Assembly: GCA_910585735.1 (NCBI GenBank)
Contig: CAJUEU010000003.1
Coordinates: 22,613 to 86,612 of the forward strand
Direction of reading: 5' to 3'
Length of the DNA: 64,000 bases
Source of the DNA: an uncultured Oscillospiraceae bacterium
GTDB taxonomy: Bacteria; Bacillota; Clostridia; Oscillospirales; Oscillospiraceae
How positions within the stretch are numbered: position 1 is the stretch's first letter; each line of letters starts with the position of its first letter. Both the position numbers and the translations under genes were made by a program. The notes under the pieces were generated by a model, which worked only from the letters and a program-made list of their open reading frames with translations, did no database searches and had not been told where the DNA came from. This document shows positions 25,864 to 34,385 of this stretch, piece after piece.

Positions 25864-27654
25864 TCAGTCCTCTTCCCGGGCGGTGACGGCAATGCTCAGC
25901 TCAGCGAGCTGCTTGTCGGTGACAAAGCTGGGCGCATCCATCATCAGGTCCTGGGCGTTCTTGTTCATGGGGAAGGGAATGATCTCCCGGATGGAGTCCT
26001 CTCCCGCCAGGAGCATGACCATACGGTCCACCCCGGGGGCGATGCCGGCGTGGGGAGGCGCACCGTAAGTAAAGGCGTTGTACATAGCGGGGAATTTGGC
26101 CTTTACGTCTTCCTCGCCCAGGCCCACCAGCTTAAAGGCCTCCACCATGATCTCCGGGTCGTGGTTCCGCACGGCGCCGGAGGACAGCTCTACCCCGTTG
26201 CACACCAGGTCGTACTGGTCGGCGGTAATGGAGAGGGGGTCCAGCTCCCCCTTGGCGGCCTTGTCCAGAACCTCCAGCCCCCCCGAGGGCATGGAGAAGG
26301 GGTTGTGGCAGAACTCCAGCTCGCCCGACTCCTCCCCGATCTCGTACATGGGGAAGTCCACGATCCAGCAGAAGGTATATTGCTCTTTTTGGAAGTGGTT
26401 GGGGCAGAAGGCACCCAGCATTTTAAGGAGCACACCGGCGGTCTTCTGCGCCGCGCCCAGCTTCCCGGCGGAGAGGCCCACGAAGCACCCGGGGGTGAGG
26501 CCCAGGGCCTCCACCACGGCGTCCTTCTTCTCCTGGACGAACTTGGCGATGCCGCCCACCAGCTCCTTGTTCTCGTCGTAGCGGAACCAGTAGGCCTTGT
26601 TCCCCGCCTGGACCTCCACATCGGCGCAGAGCTTGTCGATCTGCTTTCGGGTCCCCTCGAAGCCAGAGACCACCACCGCCTTCACGGTGTTTCCGGCAAA
26701 GGGCTCAAAGCCGCAGTCAGCGAGAAGAGCCGTGGCGTCCTGTACGGTGAGGTCGATGCGCAGGTCGGGCTTGTCCGAGCCATAGGTCTCCATAGCCTCC
26801 CGGTAGGGAATGCGCTTAAAGGGGGCGGGGGAGGCGGTATTGTACTTGCCGTACTTGGCAAAGATGGGGGGCAGTACGTCCTCCAGCACGGCGAACACGT
26901 CCTCCTGGCTTGCAAAGGCCATCTCCATGTCCAGCTGGTAGAACTCGCCGGGGGAGCGGTCTCCCCGGGCGTCCTCGTCCCGGAAGCAGGGGGCGATCTG
27001 GAAGTACTTGTCAAAGCCGGAGGCCATGAGCAGCTGCTTGAACTGCTGGGGGGCCTGGGGCAGGGCGTAGAACTTGCCGGGGTGCTTCCGGGCGGGGACC
27101 AGGTAGTCCCGGGCCCCCTCGGGGGAGGAGGCGGTGAGGATGGGGGTGGTGATCTCCATAAAGCCGTGGTCGATCATGGAAGCGCGCAGAGCGGCTACCA
27201 CCTGGGAACGGAGAATGATGTTGGCTTTCACCTCGGGATTTCTGAGATCCAGATAGCGGTATTTCAGCCGGGCAGTCTCGTCCGCCTCCCGGGAGCGGTT
27301 CACCGGGAAGGGAAGCTCATTGTGGCGGCACTTACCCAGCACGGTCAGGCTCTGAGGTACCACCTCAATGTCCCCGGTGGGCATGTTGGGATTCTTGCTG
27401 TCCCGCTCCCGCACTACGCCCGTGACCTGCACGGTGGACTCCTTGTTCAGGGCCTTGAAGCTTTTGACCATCTCCTCGGTCTCGCACACCACCTGGGTGG
27501 TGCCGTAAAAATCCCGGAGAACGGCAAAGCCCAGCTCGCCGCCCACCTCCCGGAAATTGTCCAGAAAGCCCGAGAGGGTCACGGTCTTGGCCACATCGGC
27601 CATCCGCAGCTCTCCGCAGTTGTGGGTGCGGTAAGCGGTCTTGCGCTGATCCAT
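25864..27654 (-). CDS. aspS: aspartate--tRNA ligase
   Basis: Class II motifs (FRDEDARGDRSPEFYQLD, GGLDRMVM-like GIAPGVDRMVMLL), OB-fold N-terminus. ATG 27654 follows AGGAG. Confidence 0.95.
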   Translation of the reverse strand: MDQRKTAYRTHNCGELRMADVAKTVTLSGFLDNFREVGGELGFAVLRDFYGTTQVVCETEEMVKSFKALNKESTVQVTGVVRERDSKNPNMPTGDIEVVPQSLTVLGKCRHNELPFPVNRSREADETARLKYRYLDLRNPEVKANIILRSQVVAALRASMIDHGFMEITTPILTASSPEGARDYLVPARKHPGKFYALPQAPQQFKQLLMASGFDKYFQIAPCFRDEDARGDRSPGEFYQLDMEMAFASQEDVFAVLEDVLPPIFAKYGKYNTASPAPFKRIPYREAMETYGSDKPDLRIDLTVQDATALLADCGFEPFAGNTVKAVVVSGFEGTRKQIDKLCADVEVQAGNKAYWFRYDENKELVGGIAKFVQEKKDAVVEALGLTPGCFVGLSAGKLGAAQKTAGVLLKMLGAFCPNHFQKEQYTFCWIVDFPMYEIGEESGELEFCHNPFSMPSGGLEVLDKAAKGELDPLSITADQYDLVCNGVELSSGAVRNHDPEIMVEAFKLVGLGEEDVKAKFPAMYNAFTYGAPPHAGIAPGVDRMVMLLAGEDSIREIIPFPMNKNAQDLMMDAPSFVTDKQLAELSIAVTAREED

Positions 27655-27706
27655 GAAAACCAACTCCTAAATGTAATATATGTACAAGAAATTGCTTTTT
27701 GTTATC

Positions 27707-28696
27707 TTATCTGGCCATAGCGGGGGCCGCCGCGTCGGCCAGCAGGGGCTCCCCGTCCCGCAGGTCGATGAGGCGGGAGTAGTAGACCTGGAGGTTGAAG
27801 GTGCCGTAGGCCTGGGTCCCCATGCTTCGGGTCACGCCCAGGTTGGAAAGGGCGTTGTCGGTCACATAGTCCAGAAAGGTTTGCTCCCCGTCGGCGCCGT
27901 AAGTATTGAACCAGTTGAATTCAATGTTGTTGTACTCGCATACGTACTCCAAAAAGGCGATAAGCTCGTTGACCTCTTTCAGGTACTTCTCCGCAGTGAC
28001 TCCATTGGTAAAGAAAGCGGTGGAGGGAGTGGTCCGGGCGGCCAGGAAGGGGGTGTAATCGGCCAGCTGGGACAGGACCCGCATTTCGGGCCGGATGATC
28101 CGGGCCACCATAGCGGCGGCCTCTGCCCGGCTCAAAGTACGGCTGGGAGAAAAGGTGCCATAAGGGTCCATGCCGGTGAGGATCCCTGCCCGGAAAAACC
28201 GCAGGACGTTTTCATCGTTGGTGTCGGGGAGAAAGCTGATCTCCTGAATGGGAGGAAGCTGACTGTCGTCCAGCACGGCCCCCAGCATCTCCAAAAACCG
28301 GCCCCGGGTGGCCCAGATCCCCGGGGTGATCCCCAGCTCCAGGTCCTCCAGATAGCTCAGCATGGGCGCATACCATAGCTCCCCGGGCTTGGCCTCAGAA
28401 ATGGTCTCGCCGGCCAGGGCGGCCCGGAGCCGCGCGGCCAAGGTGGCGGCCTGCTCCTCGGTAAGAAGGCCGAAGGGGGAGAATACGGTGGGCTCTACCC
28501 CCACCATGATATTGGAGGTGGAGCAGATCACGATGGGCTCGTAGTACCACTCACCCTCCTTCACGTCCCGAAAGTCGGGATACTCCTGCACGGCGGGAAA
28601 AAGGACCTCTTCCTGTCCGGGCTCGCCTTCGGCATGAACCGAGAGGGGGGTGACGGCCAGCACGGCGGCCAGAAGAAACGCGGCAAATTTTTTCAA
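27707..28696 (-). CDS. secreted protein with SLH-like repeats
   Basis: Signal peptide MKKFAAFLLAAVLAVTPLSVHA. FRDVKEGEWYYEPI... and ...TFSPSRTLSRAEAAAMVARI resemble S-layer-homology repeats. Confidence 0.6.
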   Translation of the reverse strand: MKKFAAFLLAAVLAVTPLSVHAEGEPGQEEVLFPAVQEYPDFRDVKEGEWYYEPIVICSTSNIMVGVEPTVFSPFGLLTEEQAATLAARLRAALAGETISEAKPGELWYAPMLSYLEDLELGITPGIWATRGRFLEMLGAVLDDSQLPPIQEISFLPDTNDENVLRFFRAGILTGMDPYGTFSPSRTLSRAEAAAMVARIIRPEMRVLSQLADYTPFLAARTTPSTAFFTNGVTAEKYLKEVNELIAFLEYVCEYNNIEFNWFNTYGADGEQTFLDYVTDNALSNLGVTRSMGTQAYGTFNLQVYYSRLIDLRDGEPLLADAAAPAMAR

Positions 28697-28835
28697 GGGA
28701 ATGACCTCCTTTTTATAGGTACTTCTTTGACGACAGGCGGTCTAAAATGTTCCATAAAATCGAAGAAAAATCAAAGTAAAAGAGAAGGGGAGACCTTCGT
28801 CCAAAACAGGCGGCCCACGGAAAAAAGGGGCAGGG

Positions 28836-30191
28836 TCAGCCTGTTACCACCTGGCCCCGGTTCTTCTCCGCCACCCGCTCCAAAAGCCAATGGGGGGCGT
28901 CCACAAGGGCCACCTTCTCCTGATTGCCTGAGACCATGTCCTTCAGGGAGACTACGCCGTTTGCCGCCTCGTCCTCCCCCAGGAAGGCCACATAGGGGAC
29001 CCCGATCTTGTCGGCGTAGTTCATCTTTGCCTTGAATTTTTTGGGTTCGGTGTAGAGCTGGGCCCGCACCCCGGCGCTCCGGCAGGCGGTGGCAAAGCTG
29101 ATGGCGGGGGAGAGGTCCTCGGTCATGGGGAGGACCAGCACATCGCAGGGGGCGGTGGGCAGGTCCCCGTTCAGCATCCCTTGCTCCTGCAGAACGTAGA
29201 ACAGCCGGGTCAATCCAATGGCAATTCCTACGCCGGGGAGTTGTTTTTCGGTATAATATGACCCGAGGTTATCGTACCGGCCCCCTGAGCAGATGGCGCC
29301 CACCTCGGGATGGTCCAGCATAAAGGTCTCGTACACCGTGCCGGTGTAGTAGTCCAGACCCCGGGCGATGGTGAGGTCCACGGCGAAATTCTCCTGGGGG
29401 ACCCCAAAGTCGGAGAGATACTTCACCACAGTATTCAGCTCGTCAAGGCCCTGGTCAAAGACCTCGTTCCGGCCCCGGTACCCCTCCAGGGCGGAGAGCA
29501 CCTCCTGATTGGAGCCGCTGATGGCCATAAACGCCACAATATCGCCCACGGCGTCCTGGTCCAATCCTAAGTCATCGTGGAGCATGAGCCCCACCTTCTC
29601 AGCCCCGATCTTGGGGAGCTTGTCCACCGTCCGCATAATGTCCCCGGCCCGGTGCTCCCAGCCCAGCATGGCGTAAAAGCCGTTGAGGAGCTTTCGGTTG
29701 TTCACCCGGATCTGAAAACGGTTCAGTCCCAGAGCGGTGAAGGTGTGGTAGATAATGGCCGGGATCTCGGCCTCGTTGATAATGTCCAGGCTCCCGTCTC
29801 CGATGATGTCGATGTCGGCCTGGTAGAACTCCCGGAACCGGCCCCGCTGGGCCCGCTCCCCCCGGTAGACCTTGCCGATCTGGTACCGGCGGAAGGGAAA
29901 GGAGAGCTCATTGTAGTGGAGGGCCACATACTTGGCCAGGGGCACCGTCAGGTCAAAACGGAGGGACAGGTCGCTGTCCCCCTTCTCAAAGCGGTAGATC
30001 TGCTTCTCGGTCTCGCCCCCGGCCTTGGCCAGCAGGACCTCGCTGGCCTCGATCACCGGGGTGTCCAAAGCTGTGAAGCCGTACCGGCGGTAGGTGTCCT
30101 CAATAATGCCCTTCACCCGCTCGAACTGGGCTTGCTGCCTGGGCAGCAGCTCCATAAAGCCGGACAGGGTCCTTGCTTTTACGCGTTCCAT
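28836..30191 (-). CDS. hisS: histidine--tRNA ligase
   Basis: RTLSGFMELLP..., YRFEKGDSDLSLRFDLTVPLAKYV, YRGERAQRGRFREFYQ, GGRYDNL. Start set at MERVK (ATG 30191, GAAAGGAA RBS). The upstream part of the track ORF is leader RNA. Confidence 0.92.
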   Translation of the reverse strand: MERVKARTLSGFMELLPRQQAQFERVKGIIEDTYRRYGFTALDTPVIEASEVLLAKAGGETEKQIYRFEKGDSDLSLRFDLTVPLAKYVALHYNELSFPFRRYQIGKVYRGERAQRGRFREFYQADIDIIGDGSLDIINEAEIPAIIYHTFTALGLNRFQIRVNNRKLLNGFYAMLGWEHRAGDIMRTVDKLPKIGAEKVGLMLHDDLGLDQDAVGDIVAFMAISGSNQEVLSALEGYRGRNEVFDQGLDELNTVVKYLSDFGVPQENFAVDLTIARGLDYYTGTVYETFMLDHPEVGAICSGGRYDNLGSYYTEKQLPGVGIAIGLTRLFYVLQEQGMLNGDLPTAPCDVLVLPMTEDLSPAISFATACRSAGVRAQLYTEPKKFKAKMNYADKIGVPYVAFLGEDEAANGVVSLKDMVSGNQEKVALVDAPHWLLERVAEKNRGQVVTG

Positions 30192-30340
30192 AGTATCGTT
30201 CATTTCCTTTCTGGGGCCACGCCGCAAAAAATGGCCCCGAACAAAAGAGTCCCCGGGCAACTTATTTGCCCGGGGGAAACGCCACTCGGCAGAGCCGAAT
30301 GGCGTGACAACGGCATAGCCGTTGCCCTGGGGCCTACGCC

Positions 30341-30365
30341 AAAAACCTGCCCCCGGCAGGTTTTC
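30341..30365 (-). terminator. mgsA terminator (copy A of a repeated element)
   Basis: Minus strand: AAAACCUGCC-GGG-GGCAGGUUUUU, immediately after the mgsA stop. Confidence 0.75.
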
Positions 30366-30378
30366 CTTACGCTGCGGC

Positions 30379-30795
30379 TTACAGGGCAAAGGGCGCGATG
30401 CCCGGCCGGACCACCTCGCGCCAGTCCAGGTCGCCCCGGGCCAGACCCAGGATCAGCATTTCGGCAGTGGCCATGTTGGTGGCTACAGGGATGCTGTACT
30501 GGTCGCACAGCCGCATAACATGGTCCACGTCGGAATCCAGGTCATGGGACTGGGGGTCGTTGAAAAAGAGCACCATGTCGATCTCGTTGTAGGAGATCCG
30601 GGCGCCGATCTGCTGGGCACCGCCGTGCTGGTGGGAAAGGCACAGGGTCACCGGCAGCCCGGTGGCCTCAGAGACCAGCCGTCCTGTGGTGTTGGTAGCG
30701 CAGAGCTGATGCTTGCCCAGGATGCCCGAGTAGGCAATACAAAACTGGACCATCAGCTCCTTCTTTCGATCGTGGCTCATCAGCGCGATATTCAT
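30379..30795 (-). CDS. mgsA: methylglyoxal synthase
   Basis: MNIALMSHDRKKELMVQF...ATNTTGRLV...HGGAQQIGA...LFFNDP...HDLDSDVDHVMRLCDQYSIPVATN. Confidence 0.93.
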   Translation of the reverse strand: MNIALMSHDRKKELMVQFCIAYSGILGKHQLCATNTTGRLVSEATGLPVTLCLSHQHGGAQQIGARISYNEIDMVLFFNDPQSHDLDSDVDHVMRLCDQYSIPVATNMATAEMLILGLARGDLDWREVVRPGIAPFAL

Positions 30796-30863
30796 TGTGC
30801 TCGACCTTCCTTTCCTGGAGAACTGTCCTTTACTTTATCCTTTTATGGCCCCTTGGGCCGTTC

Positions 30864-31604
30864 TCACTTAATTCTCATAACAGGCACCCGCCGCCCCTCG
30901 ATCCTGAGGGCGATGTTTCGGTAGCCAATGGCGGCCCCCTTGCTGGAACGTAAAATCAGGGGATAGCCCTGATTGGCGGCCAGGGAGACCTGGGGATCCT
31001 CGGGGACCACCCCTAGCAGGGGAAGTCCGGCGGTGTTCATGGCGTCGTCAATAGTGGCCCCCAACTGATGGAGCAGCTTTCGCTGGACCCGGTTCACCAC
31101 CAGGTGAATGTCCTCCACCTTGAACCGTCCCAGCTCGGTAACGGTACGCTGGGCATCCCGGAGGGCCGAGGCGTCGGCGGTGGAGACCACGATGGCCCGG
31201 TCACAGCTCAACGCCGCCAGACGAAAGCCCTCTCCCAAGCCTGCGGGGGAGTCCAGCAAAATGTACCGAAATTTTTCCCGGGCCTGGGTCAGCAGGGCCT
31301 CCAGCTTGGATTCGCTGAACTGCTCGGACAGGGAGAAGGGGGCGGTGAGAAGGTAAAGCCCCCGGATCTGAGGGTGCTCTACCACAGCCCGCTCCAGAGA
31401 GCACCGGCCCTCCATCACGTCGGTAAAGTCCATCAGAGCCCGGTCGCTGAGCCCCAGCGCCAGGTCCAGGTTTCGCAGTCCCACGTCCATGTCGATGCAT
31501 AGGGTCGGGTGATCCAAAGCGGCCAGACAGGAGCCCACAGCCCCCACAAGAGAGGTCTTTCCTGTCCCGCCCTTGCCGGAGGTGACAGCGATCACAGTGG
31601 CCAT
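30864..31604 (-). CDS. MinD/ParA-family P-loop ATPase
   Basis: Deviant Walker A VTSGKGGTGKTS, and a MinD-like DMDVGLRNLDLALGL. Start at ATG 31604 follows GGAGAGGGAGG. Confidence 0.85.
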   Translation of the reverse strand: MATVIAVTSGKGGTGKTSLVGAVGSCLAALDHPTLCIDMDVGLRNLDLALGLSDRALMDFTDVMEGRCSLERAVVEHPQIRGLYLLTAPFSLSEQFSESKLEALLTQAREKFRYILLDSPAGLGEGFRLAALSCDRAIVVSTADASALRDAQRTVTELGRFKVEDIHLVVNRVQRKLLHQLGATIDDAMNTAGLPLLGVVPEDPQVSLAANQGYPLILRSSKGAAIGYRNIALRIEGRRVPVMRIK

Positions 31605-31757
31605 TTCGGAACCTCCCTCTCCTTCCTTTTTTGGCAAGCAGAGGACAGATAAGCTATCTGCCGCCATTATGGAATGATTATACCATGAAATGTGGCTTGT
31701 TTCAACGGTGTTTCCCATTTTTTACCGGGAAAATTTGTGGACTTTTTTGAAATTTCT

Positions 31758-32648
31758 TTAAAGAGGGGCCTTTTTGATCTTGCCCCAGCTTCGGGGCAGA
31801 CCTTTGGGGGTGGGGGAGGTTTTTTTTACCCCCACCAGCCGGTGGGTGATCTCTGTGCCGGGAATGGGGTAGTCCAAATGGCCCAAATCCTTGCCCCCCA
31901 GCCGTTTCACGGCGCTTGCCCCGGCTGCCACCTCCTCTTCGCTCTCCACGCTTTTCATGGCGAGAAAGACCCCGCCCGGCTTCACGTAGGGAAGGCACAG
32001 CTCGCACAGCAGGGGATAGAAGGCCACCGCGCGGGAGACCGCCAGGTCGAAGGAATCCCGGAAGCCCTCTTGTAAGGCCAGCTCCTCAGCCCGGACGTGG
32101 AGACATTGAACGCCGTCAAGGGAAAGCGCTTCACAGATAGTTTTCAACCAAGAGACCCGTTTGCCCAGGGAGTCTGCTAAAGTGAGCTTCAGAGAAGGCT
32201 CCAGAATTTTCAGCACCACGCCGGGGAACCCGGCCCCGGTGCCCACGTCAATGACCGACCTGTCAAAAAGCCAGGTGGAGGCCGCCGTGCCGCGCAAAGG
32301 GCGGGACCCTTCGGTGCCTAACGTCTCCGGCTGCGGAAAAATACCTTGTGCGGCTTGGCCGCCCGCCTCGTTTTCACTCCGCGCTATGGTTGATTCCCCG
32401 GCAGTCCTTTGCTCCACATCCAATGCAGTGGGGCGCGCTGTTCCAGACGCGCCGCCAGTCCATTTCAAAATAGCCGCGCAGTCCAAAAAGTGCAGCCTTG
32501 CCACCTGCTCCGGCTCGGTAATGGCGGTAAGGTTCATGACTTGATTTTGCTCCAGCAGCAGCCGGGCGTATTCCTCCAGCTGCCGCAGCTGCTCCCCGGA
32601 GGGGGAGAGCCCCATGTTAGTCAGGCCGTCCAGTAAAAGCTGTTTCAT
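31758..32648 (-). CDS. rsmG: 16S rRNA (guanine527-N7)-methyltransferase RsmG with an internal insertion
   Basis: NLTAITEPEQVARLHFLDCAA...VIDVGTGAGFPGVVLK...VSRAVA. About 55 low-complexity residues lie between the N-terminal helices and the SAM motif. Start ATG 32648. Confidence 0.88.
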   Translation of the reverse strand: MKQLLLDGLTNMGLSPSGEQLRQLEEYARLLLEQNQVMNLTAITEPEQVARLHFLDCAAILKWTGGASGTARPTALDVEQRTAGESTIARSENEAGGQAAQGIFPQPETLGTEGSRPLRGTAASTWLFDRSVIDVGTGAGFPGVVLKILEPSLKLTLADSLGKRVSWLKTICEALSLDGVQCLHVRAEELALQEGFRDSFDLAVSRAVAFYPLLCELCLPYVKPGGVFLAMKSVESEEEVAAGASAVKRLGGKDLGHLDYPIPGTEITHRLVGVKKTSPTPKGLPRSWGKIKKAPL

Positions 32649-32658
32649 GCTTGATACC

Positions 32659-33096
32659 TCACAGCTGACGCAGCAGGGCGGGCAAGCCCAGGGCCAGGTT
32701 CCAGAGGGCCAGAGCAAAGGAGACTCCGGAGAGGGCGACGCAGATGGGAAGCCCACCCCGGCCTTTACCCTCCCGGTAACGCAGGATCACCGAGCCTCCC
32801 AGCCCGGCCAACGCGGGGGCGGTAAGGAGCTGACCAATGCCCTGGGGAAACTCTCCGTTGGCAAAGGCGTAAGTCATCAGCAAGGCGTATCCTACCGCAT
32901 ACACCACCCCCACCCAGGCCCAAAGCCTCTTCATGGGGGTGGCGTATTCTGTGGGTACCCGGAATTCTTCGGCCTCCGAGGAGGTATGCCGCTCCCGGAA
33001 CTCCCGGTCCTGGGTTTTGTACACCGGGATCTCCTGGGGGTGAGAGGCCTGGTCCTGCTCATTCGAAGCCCGGCCATCGTTTTCTTTTTCAGCCAT
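32659..33096 (-). CDS. hypothetical membrane protein (146 aa)
   Basis: ATG 33096 follows AAGAAAGGGGG. Acidic N-terminus, then 3 predicted TM helices. The longer track ORF (to 33420) looks non-coding upstream of this start. Confidence 0.5.
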   Translation of the reverse strand: MAEKENDGRASNEQDQASHPQEIPVYKTQDREFRERHTSSEAEEFRVPTEYATPMKRLWAWVGVVYAVGYALLMTYAFANGEFPQGIGQLLTAPALAGLGGSVILRYREGKGRGGLPICVALSGVSFALALWNLALGLPALLRQL

Positions 33097-33543
33097 GGGG
33101 TCGCCCCCTTTCTTCAGCAAAATGTGGAAAACTTTTAAGAAGGATCTGAGTTGTCGGCTACAAATGTCCCCGTTCCCCGCCAGAGGACTACAAATTGCGT
33201 CACAGCCGGTGGAAAAGCAGAGGATAGGGGACTCTCCCGCCCTTGCGGTCCTGCTTTTTCCAAGCCTGAACAGCGCGTCCGGCCTTTGTCTTCTGGAAAG
33301 GCAGGCCGCTTCCGGCGCGACAAAACGACGTTTCAACCGTGCCGCGTGGGCGGGGTTCCTTTGAGGGGGACTGCCCTGTTTTATATAGAGGCTGGTAGTG
33401 CGCCCGGTTCTGTCCTTCATAAGGCCCGGCTGTCCCTCATATTTCCGCAGGGTATGGCGTTCTCAGCCATACCCCATGGACAGGGGGAAGGACAGGCCAT
33501 CCATCTCTACACAAAAAATTGTCTTGGCGAAGGGGATTCTCCT

Positions 33544-33981
33544 TTACACCTTCTTCAGCAGATCCCGAATCTCGGTGAGCAGCTTCTCCTCCGCGGAGGG
33601 CTCCGGCTCGGGAGCGGGCTCCGGGGCGGGTTCCTCTTTCTTTCGGTGGAGCGTGTTGATGCCCTTGATCAGGCAAAACACGGCAAAGGCAATAATCAGG
33701 AAATCCAGAATGGTGGCCAGGAAATTGCCGTAATTGATGGACACCGCCGCGGCGATCTCCTCGCCGTTTTCAATGACGGCCTCCTTCAGCACCAGCTTCC
33801 AGCCGCTGAAATCTACCCCGCCGGTAAGCATGCTTATTCCGGGCATGATGACGTCATTGACCAGAGAGGTGCTGATCTTCCCGAAGGCGCCGCCGATGAT
33901 GACGCCCACCGCCATATCCATTACGTTTCCACGGGCAATGAACTCTTTAAACTCCCCGAAAAATCCCTTTTTCTCTTTCAT
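33544..33981 (-). CDS. mscL: large-conductance mechanosensitive channel
   Basis: [26 protein letters not shown]..., a typical MscL. Confidence 0.93.
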   Translation of the reverse strand: MKEKKGFFGEFKEFIARGNVMDMAVGVIIGGAFGKISTSLVNDVIMPGISMLTGGVDFSGWKLVLKEAVIENGEEIAAAVSINYGNFLATILDFLIIAFAVFCLIKGINTLHRKKEEPAPEPAPEPEPSAEEKLLTEIRDLLKKV

Positions 33982-34017
33982 GTGTATGACCTCCGCTCTT
34001 ATGTGTTTGAGATACGC

Positions 34018-34374
34018 TTAATACAACGCAGAATGCGTTGTTTCGTCTCCGGCAGGGGAACTATCCTGGGGCGCTGCCGAGGCTGGGGCCTCCTGAGTTG
34101 TCTTTGTAGGAGCCTGGACAACGGGGGAGGAGGCCATCAACGCCTGGTCGTCAAACATGGCTTCCTCCTTCTGAGCGGCCATCCTGCCACGAATGGCGCC
34201 GGTAAGCACTCCTTCGCCCAGGTTTATGCCTACCTCCTGGCCGGGGCCAAGCTCCAAAGAGGCCAGCAGAGACTGGTAGGTGGTCTTTCCGTTTTCTTCG
34301 TCGTGGGTGACGCTCACCGGGATCACGGTGGCCAAAGTGGCCAGCCGTAGGGCACGCTTCCAAAACTTTTTCAT
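34018..34374 (-). CDS. hypothetical secreted/membrane-anchored protein (118 aa)
   Basis: ATG 34374 follows GAGGAGG, directly after the serS stop. N-terminus MKKFWKRALRLATLATVIPV. Confidence 0.5.
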   Translation of the reverse strand: MKKFWKRALRLATLATVIPVSVTHDEENGKTTYQSLLASLELGPGQEVGINLGEGVLTGAIRGRMAAQKEEAMFDDQALMASSPVVQAPTKTTQEAPASAAPQDSSPAGDETTHSALY

Positions 34375-34385
34375 ATTCTGCCTCC

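Noticed and set aside
30192-30389. N-terminal extension of the hisS ORF (track start 30389), and a possible T-box riboswitch
   Set aside because: The extension overlaps the mgsA end and its terminator and translates to non-protein-like sequence. HisRS homology starts at MERVK. I could not find the T-box motif or a specifier stem, so the leader is reported only as an unresolved structure.
33097-33420. N-terminal 108 aa of the 253-aa track ORF (32659-33420)
   Set aside because: It is Arg/Ser/Pro/Cys-rich and not membrane-protein-like. A good RBS plus ATG at 33096 precedes the hydrophobic part. The upstream region is treated as non-coding.
33466-33495. CAUGGACAGGGGGAAGGACAGGCC, superficially resembling SRP RNA domain IV (CAGGUCCGGAAGGAAGCAGC)
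   Set aside because: The invariant GGAA tetraloop context and the GGAAGCAGC strand are not preserved, and no Alu or helix-5 partner is evident.
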